Source: Daphnia carinata | Taxonomy: Eukaryota | DNA: 64,000 bases | Assembly (NCBI RefSeq): GCF_022539665.2 | Contig: NC_081331.1 | Location: 1,302,001 to 1,366,000 of the forward strand | Reading direction: 5' to 3' | Part shown: piece by piece, positions 27,207 to 37,852 of the stretch | Layout: each line of letters opens with the position of its first letter | Numbering within the stretch: position 1 is the first letter of the stretch | Notes under the pieces: model-generated | Told to the model about the DNA's origin: nothing | Database searches by the model: none | The model's input: only the letters and a program-made list of their open reading frames with translations | Made by a program: the position numbers and the translations under genes

Positions 27207-30014
27207 GTTTTCACGTGAGTCTTACAGTTTTTGACTTATTCTAATTCAAAGTTCTTGAACTAAACCCACTTTGATTCCACCGTTTTAAACATCTATACAA
27301 AATCAATGTGAAAACTGATGACATGTTCGTAATTCTGTGTTTGATTAAGGGCGTTCCATACCTTATGTCACCATACATGTTACATTTAAAAACCAAACGT
27401 TACATTAAACTTGCCGTTTGGTTTGACGTTATTGGCAATGTAAAACGTTCAAATTTGATCAATGGAATAATAGCACTGTCAATTGCACATAGGCTAATAC
27501 CGACTGTATTGTCAACAACAATATTATTGAGACGCGCGCTTATTGTCTTTCTCGTACACACCATTAATTCCATTCACACTAAATAACATAGGAGGTTTCA
27601 TATAAAAGAGAAAGGCAACAATAGGGGTGTTATTATTATAAGACGCAATCAGACAGTCATCAAAGTATTGTCTTAAAGTTTTAAAGAATAATCGCTGTTT
27701 TTATGTCACTAATCCTTTTGATGAATGCGACGTTAGAAAGAGACGGTAAAAGAATGAAACGAAGAAAAATAGTTTTCAAGCAAATGCTCAGTGTGTTAGA
27801 TAATATGTATCGCTCACTGTGCTGCCTTTTTTCAATCTGTCCAAAAACTTCTTACTTAACCAAGAATTCTTTGGTGTATCGTACAAATGAAATCCTTGGG
27901 CGAGGATTCAATGAATCTAGTTTCTTGGTCCTTTCGCAGTGTGTGAGCATTCCAGTATCGCTACTTCATCTCTCAGATGGATTTCTTTGGTTTGCATAGA
28001 TGGCCATTGGCCAACTAAAATAAAATTAAAATGTTATAGAATGCTTCTCGTTCTGTTTTACTGACTTATAGAAAGAAGAAATAGGACTATGAAGTATCAT
28101 TGAAACAGGGATCAAAATATGGGTTGCTCTTCCAACTATAAGACATCTTCTTTTTTGAGCCATCCATTCAGTATTGTGACGTGAAGTGCTCGATTATTCC
28201 CTCTATATCATCCCTACAACTCTTGTCTCTTTTGCTTGTCTTGTTTGGTTATGCTCTGCATATCGGCCTCGGGTCGCAATCGCAAAATATTGTACAATAT
28301 ATTCAATATTATATTTGATTGAAATAACAGACGAAACAAGGCGTAGAGGACGAAGATGAGAATAAAGAAAGAACAGAAACGAGAAGAAGAGCCAAAATGA
28401 AAAATAGAAATAGATGCGCGGACAACCAAACGAGTCAGATGAAGAAAAACCTCTACTTCTATATTTTCTTGTTAAAGATACTGCCTTATAGCCTGTGGCT
28501 ATAACAAACAATCCTACTTGCATTACAAATACACTACCCTTCTGCCAAAATAATTATTACTATGTAAAAACGATTGATCAACTTTTTTTTGGCATGGTGA
28601 GTACGCTTTATGGGTGGCGTACGTATTAATTTAAAACCTGCCTGATCTACAGGCTAAAATACTCGTGATTGTACACGCACAATCCATTCGTCTAAAAACG
28701 AAACGTATGTAACGAGTTAGTTAATAATAATAACCGCGAAGTCTGATTCCTTCCATCCATGGCAAAACGACATGAAAAGGAGAAATCAGTCGAAAAAGAA
28801 AAATGTCAACATACGCTGTACAATCTTTTGGAGGTACAACTGGTTTGAAAATGGCTACGTTTCTTGCGGATGTGAAAGAGACGATAACATTTCTGCACGT
28901 CAGCAGCCAATAACGTACACACACGCACACACACGAATGAGAAAGTAGGCATCTGGACGTGTGTACAGCTATACAAAGTGCCTCAAAAGAGTTTCATCAT
29001 TGATAATCAAGTGTCACGGATAGAAATAACAAACAGGAACCGTAATAAAACAAAAAAAAAAGAAGAAGAAAAGAGACAAACGCACAATTAAAATCAAATA
29101 AGGTGACAATAATAGAAGGAGACGAGGAAGCACTGATTGAGAGAGAAGTCGACATTTGCAACATACTGTATATATATATGTGTGTTTAAAGTTCCAAAGG
29201 AAATCGTTGAGCCGTTGTCATTGGCGGGAGGAATGAGTAAAATGATAGAGAGCAGTGATTTGGATTTGCCAATGTTATCATTCCTACGTTCCAAGAAAAG
29301 TAGTATCAATACTTTCTACCCATTTTTTAAAAACATGTGACACAGTCGAGGGAGAAAGCGAAAGTGCTTCGTTGATAGACTACGAACTTCTTCTGGGGCT
29401 CAGAACACGACTAACGTGCTGCTACTAGTAGAGGAAGAGATAGAGCGGGAGCAGGTTGGCAATGGTAGACCCTTAAGGAGTGTGAATAGAGCAATAAACA
29501 GATGAAGAGATACACAGCAGACGAAGAACTGGATTTTACAAGGAGAATCCAGAACAGAACCGGAAGGAAAAGCCTGAGGCAAAATTGGAAAAACCTACAC
29601 ACATGGTTAATCTATTTCTATGTTATTCGAAAGAACGATCGCACTATAATCGTACGATTACGTTCTTCTCCATCAGTAACACAAAAAAAACAAAACAAAG
29701 AAATACAAATAAAAAACAAAAAGAACTTCCGGGAACTTATACTACTGCCATGGATGACCGCTGCTGCCTGTCCGACTAGCCCTCGAAGACGAAGATGGAT
29801 GAACACTTGTCCAAGAGTGATCCAAGTTTCCTAGTAAAAATTAAAAAAAAAATACTGGGAAAATGGAGCACCTCTTGATTAGGGTTAGGCGAGATTTCTG
29901 CCTTTTTCTTGTTAAAGAAAATGGCTAAGACTGAGCCGTAGGCTATTTAGAAGAGATAAGAGAATTTTTGTTTTTCTTTTCTTTCTCCTACTAGCATTTC
30001 TTCTTCTTCCACTT

Positions 30015-33000
30015 CTAAGGGACTATGATGTGCGGAGCCGAAAAAAGGACCGCTATAGTAGCAATGATGGTAAAGAGCGTGAAGAGGATCAGGCAAATAC
30101 GATCGACGACCATGGCAGCAAATTTCCAGTCATTGCACACACGTGATTCTTCTTCGTCGGTTCGTATCTTGTCGGTGATGACACGCAGCTCCTTGAGGAT
30201 ACCCGATAGTTCACGATGAGAGCCGAAGCAGTTGTGCAGCGATATGGTCTCGTCTTGACCTAATGCAGTCGAAAGAAAAAGAAGGTGAGCCCAAATGGTT
30301 TCAAAAATAGCATGCAACTTCAAATGGTAATACCAACCGCGTTTAATCTTACCCTGGTTAGGCCCCAGACCTCCACTAGGAGTGGAGACAACTCTTGGGA
30401 ACCCGGTGGGCACTCCCATACTAAGGGCCATGCCACTACCGACTGAGCTGAGCGTGCAACTGTGCTGCCGGAAGTCGTCGTCAATATCGAGCACGTTAGC
30501 CAGGAGGCTTCGCGACGAGCGTTCTTTCATTTCAATGTCTTTAATCTGTTTGCTGTTGGCCGCTGGACCTGCTGCTGGCTTTTGATCGTCCTTGTCAGTC
30601 GGCCTGCTCATCCGCAAGACCCATGGCAGCCAGTGCAAGAACACCGTTCGGACCTAGATTCATATTCGTACCACAATAATAGGAAACAAAACCAAAACAT
30701 AAGCCAGTTTTTAAAATGAAATAATTTGTATGTTAGTCCTATAGTTACCCATGGGGCCATTTCGTGAGTATCAGCATTGCGATGATGGTAATTGAGAATT
30801 AGCACAGTTGAAACCACCGACGAGGCCACCATGAACATGATACAATTGAAATAGGTTCCTATTTTTGTTTTTTGGTTTGGCGGTGCGAGGGGACGTCCAA
30901 GTTGGTACATGGAAAGAAAAGCCAGGGGAATAATAAAGAACAATCGTGAGAATAGCTCCCATTACCAGTGCAATAGAAACAGCAAACAAACAAACAGGAA
31001 AAGCAACAACAAATATACAACAACGACACAAACAAGTGAATATACGAAGGTGATATAAAAGCAGGCGACTTTGGGGTTGTGAATAATGGGAACGGTTTAG
31101 GGGCGGGTCAGGTTTTCAACGAATTTTTAGTTCGGTTTCTTTTTGGATTGCATGCTCTGCTTTTTTTGGTGGCCTGCCCCGACTCATTCGGCATTTATGA
31201 ACCATTTATACATCATTCTAAAGCCGCGTGTTACTTGGCCACTGGGAGGAGGGCGCGTTCGTCTTTAACCTTAATTTTTACTGAAGTTGTCACATCATTG
31301 GTACAATTTTTTGTTCTTGTTTAAACGAAACATCAACTAATCTCTTACGCCAGCTTTGCATCGTGATTTCAAATCGAGAGAATCATTTTAAATGTTTTCC
31401 CACAAAATATCGCTATTATTCTTTTAAAATAAATTTTGATTTCTTCTGTTCAGGTGATCAGATAAGTTTTTATGGGGAAGAGAGAAAACGGGAAGAAAGC
31501 AAGAGGTAGAAAACAGAATTGATAATGAGAGAGTGAGAGAGAGAGAGAAAGGAAGGAGTAAAAGGGGGAAAAGTAAGGATTTTATGAAAGGTAGTTGAAA
31601 CAAAGTGAATATGAATTTTGTCCACGAAACGCTAGTTGGCATCATCACTGAAAAAAAATTTCATTGAAATTTCATTAATGGTAATATGCTCTTTGAAAAA
31701 TCGTAGCACATGCAATTAAATGGTGTGATGGGAATTTGTTAAATACTGCACTTGATTGGAATAAAGTTAATTGCAAATCACGTCATTGGGGTGAAAAATC
31801 TTTTGAAATAAAACTTCAAAACCTTTCAAAGATATGCAAAAGCATTCCTCTTGGGGAGGGGGATAATCAGTGTCATCCAATGATTGATGTTTTAATTATC
31901 TCAATTTTTACAAACGTAAACCAAAACTTATGCTCAGAGTGAAACGGGTTTTTGTAGTTCGAGTTACGGTTATATTCGGGCGGGAAAACAATTCATTGTT
32001 CATTAGATGTAAAAAAAAAGGAATGCTTTAGTTCTCATAACGCACAGGTGTTTGATCATCTTATGAAAAAGGTACACAACATACACAGCGTCTGATAAAT
32101 GACAAAGCTAACCTAAGACTGGGACGGCATCCGAACTTTCGGGCAAGGTGTCGTATATCATGAGCGAAAAGACAGTTAGTGATAGCAGGATGGTCACACC
32201 TGCATCATAATCGGAAAGAAAAATTGAATCGACATCAGGCACGCGTAGTTTTTTACTCGCTCACATCACAGAGCAGCAATTATCTTCACAAAGCGAGTCA
32301 ACTAAAGCTCAACTCGAAAACAATGCGCACTTTAGTTCAAACTGAAAAGCTCCATAGGATAAAACCACATTGCTACAAAGCTTAGAAATGGCAGTAGTAG
32401 TTGTAGTAGTATGCGACATGTCGTTAGTCCGTCAACTTTCGAGCGATCTGTACTTCCCCAGACAATCTAAAAGCAGAAGTCGTTGAATTAGTACTTTGAT
32501 GCTATAAGTGTATAACGAAGCATTGTATGCAATTGTGCGTACGCGTCTTTGTGCACACATTTCGCGTTGGGACTACGGTGAAGAACAATCAATGACGCGC
32601 TGGTGAAAAGAGAAAAAAAAGGAGGGCACAGGAATGGACGGTAGTTGCATAGCCTCCTCCACCGCCAAGTAACACTGGTTGCTATACAGTGAAGCATCCA
32701 TTCGTGATGGCTACAAAGAGATTTGATTGTGGGTTTTTTTGTTGTTGTGTGTGTAAAGAAAAAGGGTCGAAAATGAAACTTAGAAGAATACGAGGGTGTC
32801 GGAATAGGAGGACAAAATAAGGTGGGCTATGGGTTTCGCTGTGCCAATGCGTTGGGTTTTACCTATGAGAGGCTGTGCAGATGCCGGCGGCATGGAAGAG
32901 GTGACGCTGTTTAAAAGGAAGGTGAGCGACAGGAGCACGGTGACACCTAGTAGGTGATCGGGCAAGGTGGAGACGAGGAGAGAAAGCGAGAAAGATATAC

Positions 33001-36000
33001 AAAGTGGGTTTCAAAAAATCAATAAGGGTTGCCATCTAGCGTCCCCGTTACAGGTCTAATGGTCTTAGCATTATTCGAAGCACCAGTTAAGACAAGAAAT
33101 AATGAATAGTTCAAATAAATGTCAGAATGTTGAAAAATAAAACACGTCTACAAAACATTACAGCTTCTCCCTCAAGTTTCCCTCGCGCAATCACAAGGAC
33201 GACAACAAGGGCAGAAAAAAAAAAATGCACATAGATATTAAATAGTTATCTACGGGCACAGAAGCCAGTTGTCACCGTGTCCCTCGTCGGTGTAATAGAA
33301 TATAGATTGATAGTAGGCGTTAGGCAATGACGCCCATCTGCTTCTTTAATTTTTCGACCCTCCTCCAGCAGAAAAAAACATTTTTAAATCAAGTAACAGG
33401 CCAGCCTCTCTTTTGTTTCATTGGTCATTTGTCTCCGCCTCGTCGCTAATCATTTTGAGCTTTTGATGGGGGAGAATGGGGCAAGGAAATGGGATGATTG
33501 TTATCAAGGTTTAGTTAGAGAGCATTAGAAAATAAAGGAAACGGTCTGGAATGGAAGTTTCGGTCGAGGTTTAGAGTAACCAAAGGATCACCTCCGTCGT
33601 AATCATTCATTATTATACCACCGATTGACTACCTAATAAAGGAACTGCATCTGACGTTGCCGGCATTGTTTCGGCCACCATATTTAGGAAGACGGTTAAG
33701 GAGAGCAAAATTGTAACGCCTATGAATTCAAGAAGTAAAAATTAATCCACGACGGACGAACAAAAAAGTTTAAAAGAGAGTCAAAGTAATAATTGAAATA
33801 AAAAGAAGGTAATAATTTACAAAAAAAAAGGTTTTTAGATGGTTGTTAGTAGAATGAAAAAAATAACGTTGCCCCTTTTTGCGATTAGGTTTAAACGATG
33901 CAATGCGCGCGTGTACTAGGAGGGGGTATGTACAGCGAAAAAAGTTCTTCGATTGACTTCGATTGCGTTCTGTAAACAATCAATATTGGCAACGAACATT
34001 AGTTTTCCAAAAATTAAGTTAACAATTGCTGGATATCCTTTTAGTAGACTGAGCTTTAGAACGGCAAGAGAAAAAATTCCAATACATAATTTTGAGCGCC
34101 ACGTTTCTTCTCCTACCTAGCGTTAATTTGGATCCGCAATCGTTAGTTAACGTGAATGATAGTAGCGTCATAGATGCAATGAGGAGACTGGGAAATATTA
34201 CGTTGCACCAATAATAAAGCGCTCGCCGGCGAATGTGCAGCGTGAACGTCGCATCGATGTATGGCTCCGGACAGCATGTGTAATAATGACTGGAAATTTG
34301 GCCTGGCAAACCTGGTCAATACATGGCATCACACTTTTGTCCTCATGAAATTGTCGACTATTTCAAAGGAAGAGATCGACTTTCAACGTAATTGAGAACA
34401 ACTGGTAATATTTAAAAAAAAAGAAATGTACTTTTCCGGATAGACGTTGCACTCGAATTCGTCATTCTGTTAAGATCCTCGCATTTCATTGTATGATTCA
34501 TAGATTTTAGTTGCATTTAAACGCAGGATTGAACGTCCTTTTCTTTCTGTCTGACTGTGTTTCGCCATAAACGACGCACGGGGTACTATAGTGGTCATCG
34601 ATGGGTTTCGGATAATTTACTCGCGTCATTGATCCTAAACGTTCTGGCATGGAACTAGGCGTTTCTGAAATGTCCGGTATCAGAAGAGAACAGCTGCGCA
34701 GCATTTATTTTTTTTTCTATTTTTTTTTTTTTGTAAAAAAAAAGTCCCTTAATGCGTGCGTTTGCATTCGTCATGGGTGCGCGCACATTGCCAGTAAAAT
34801 AGAGGATTAGCAAATATATAGTCTATTGCCATTGCCTTGATCGAGGTCCCAAATCGCCCATGGGCTACTTTTTAATGCACGTATAGTTTGCAGCTGTGCT
34901 ATCGTCAGACGGCCAAATGCTACTTTCGTATCGCCATCGTTTGCGTAAAAAACCAATTCGGGTCTTTGGAGGGGGGACACGGTGTGGATTTGAGAGGCCG
35001 GCCATTTAACAAATTTGCTCAACGAGTTGTGTTGCGTTGGCAACGCGATGCCATTCGGAGTGGACGACCATATACCGCCATATCAATCCTGAAATGAAAT
35101 ACGTACTTTCTTTTTCGTGTGTGAAAATGTTGGATAAATAATTGAAGAATGACCCAAAAAATTAATACGAAAAGATCAACTCATTTCTATGTGATAAGGG
35201 AAAAAGTGAGAAATAATGAACACAGTTATATAGAACCCATTAGAGCCTACCTAGAGAAAGTTTCTCGCCAGATTCGGGAGGAAGTGTGAAACCGAGGACG
35301 GCCATGGAGGCAATGAGCACGCAGGGAACGATCAAGTTGAAAAAATAGTAGAGTGTCCGTCTCCGGATCTCGATGGTGAAGGTGATATCCACGTAGGGTT
35401 CGGGGCAGCACGGGTAGTATTGCCATGTCCGTTTACCAGGCACTCCTGGTTTTCACCATCGTAGGTCATCAAATTTATCATCATTAATCAATTTACAGGG
35501 AAAAAGCAATCAGGGGCTAGTTATTTAATGGCTACGGCTAGGCGGAACAAGAGCCATAGAAGGAAACGTGCACAGTAAAGAGCAGTGTCATGCTTCCTAA
35601 AAGCTTCTCACTCTTATTTTTTCCATGCAACAGCCTCAATGCTTTATGCCACAAATAGCTATTAATTATACTGGGTATTAAAAATAAAATAATAAATTAT
35701 CTTTAGATTATTTTTTTTCCCTTGTGGTGTTAATAGCTTAGATTTATGATGAAGACGGTTTAAATCAAAACGAAATTTCTTTTTAAGTTTTAAGCTTTTC
35801 TTCTTTCATTTAGATCTCTTGAAAGAGCTTTATTGGGCAACTTAATTAACGGCTACGAAGATCAAATGGAAATTTGCATTCTACGAAAACCGGAAAAAGA
35901 TGAAATTTGCACGTAGGACTCGAAATTGAACTTTTACGAAAGTTGACAGGTATTTTTGACGAAAAAAAATAGGTAAAATAACAACAAAAAAAGATGGGGA

Positions 36001-37811
36001 TCCACTGTGGTTTCGGTGAATAACTTTATCGATGTTTTGGAATTTATCGAAGTAGTTGAGTGCCCGGCTGTAACGAAATTAGCAACTTTGTGTTTTGTTA
36101 AAAAAAAAAAACTATGACGATGGAACGGTGGTTGAAAACTTGTAAATGCATACTTTTTAGATTCCTGAGAGACGTGCCTAAGTGGCATGTTTGATTTCTC
36201 TATTTTACCCCAAGCACTTACTGGGCGAGCGCGCCGCGTGCCCCACCCTATTTAGCTAATGAGAAAGGATGATAGTTGAATCCCTTTTTGCCTCCCTACA
36301 AATGAAAACAGCAAATTTCCAACTGGCTCCCAAAATCCTGGAATAATCCCAAGCAGAGGCCGCGATTTTTCTTTAATTTGCTCACAACAATTACACGCTA
36401 TCTTACCGTTAGTACAATAAAAACGCATTAATTAGAGCAAGAAAAAGCAAGATACATATCTATAAATACATCAACAATCTACCTGCGAGTGCAACGTCTC
36501 TAGATACGCAAGACCATCACTTTCGCACAACAACAATGGCGCAATGTGCATTAATGAGGTGTTTGTCACATCACAAACTTTCATTTGCCTTTGTCAAAGT
36601 GTCAAGAGTGAGGTGTGGGGAGGTAGACTTTCTTCTTCGGCACTTGAGACTGTTACTGCAGTATCTTTCTCTCGATTTCCGGAGAAGTACTAAAAGTGAA
36701 ATCATCTTTTTTTTGTTCTCAATATACGTGCCCAAGGAGAAGTCTAACTCACACGAATGAAAATAAAGACTATGATATTATTAATCATGTCAGAAAACTA
36801 AAGGAAAAAAAACCAAAAGGCAACGGGGCGTATTCAAATCCTTATTGGGTGAAGGACTGAATAATCTCGTCATTAAAATGTCAAGGCAGTCTAATTGGTT
36901 CCTGCTACATGAACACTTGAAAAATCTACATATTTTCAGCAAATGCTTCGCCCGACTGGGAGCGCTAAGATACGTTCTGTATACATGTAAAGAGCAGCGA
37001 CATAAAGAAAATGATGAGTGCCACGACTTAAGAGCAAAAAAGAATTAGGAAAAATGAGTAGTTCAAAGTAGTGCGAGCAAGTAACAAAGGCCATACCCAG
37101 GAGATCCCATTCGCCGTTGGTATTGAAATTGCTAATGTCGCCGCCTTCTTCCGACTGCAGCGTCAAATCTAACTGTAAAGCCAAATAATGAAAATAATCT
37201 CATTTGTTTTACGAGTAGAGTATTTAAAACATTTAATAAAAATAGAATCAATTAGGTTTTAGGTTAACGTTGTTTGAATGCATTTCTTTCAATTCGTGGA
37301 TTGTCATAAAATTTAAAAGAAAACAGATGAATAGTTGATGATAGAAGGGATAAATTAGTTGGATGTGAGTGTCACTATTACCTGAAATCCATCGTAAGTC
37401 CAGCTGCCAAACTTGAGCTCACATTTTTGGTCGTCAAAAGGAAACCACGTAATGTCGATCTTGCAGGTGCTTTTGAAAATACCAGGAGGTAGATAACTGC
37501 AACTGCCGTTACTCCGGACCACCACGTTCGTTTGGTAAGTGCTGTCAAACTCCTCGTCGGCACTGCGCAACAACAAACAGATTAACCGTTTGCTACATAC
37601 AGTTACAAATTATTGCATCACCAATGTGATTGGCGACGAAAAAAGACTAGGTTTGCTTAAGAGGACAGGTCATCATTCGAAATAGATACCGGATATTACA
37701 CATATGTCAGAAAGTATCGTGTAAAAGGAGCTGATCCGGCTCAGCAAGATCGAGTGGAGAAGGGGAAATGTTACGTATGTTGTTATTATCACTGTCTTAT
37801 CTTCAAGTCCT

Positions 37812-37852
<41 letters not shown>

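Noticed and set aside
32829..34610. Shared 10-mer atgggtttcg (32829, 34601) as selector sequences
   Set aside because: The best complement seen (near 35233-35240) pairs only 7 nt, which is chance level.
34807..35095. Possible duplicate of alpha7 exon 6 between 7a and 7b ([11 protein letters not shown]...[17 protein letters not shown])
   Set aside because: Only a few residues resemble [14 protein letters not shown]. Length, splice phase and donor do not fit.
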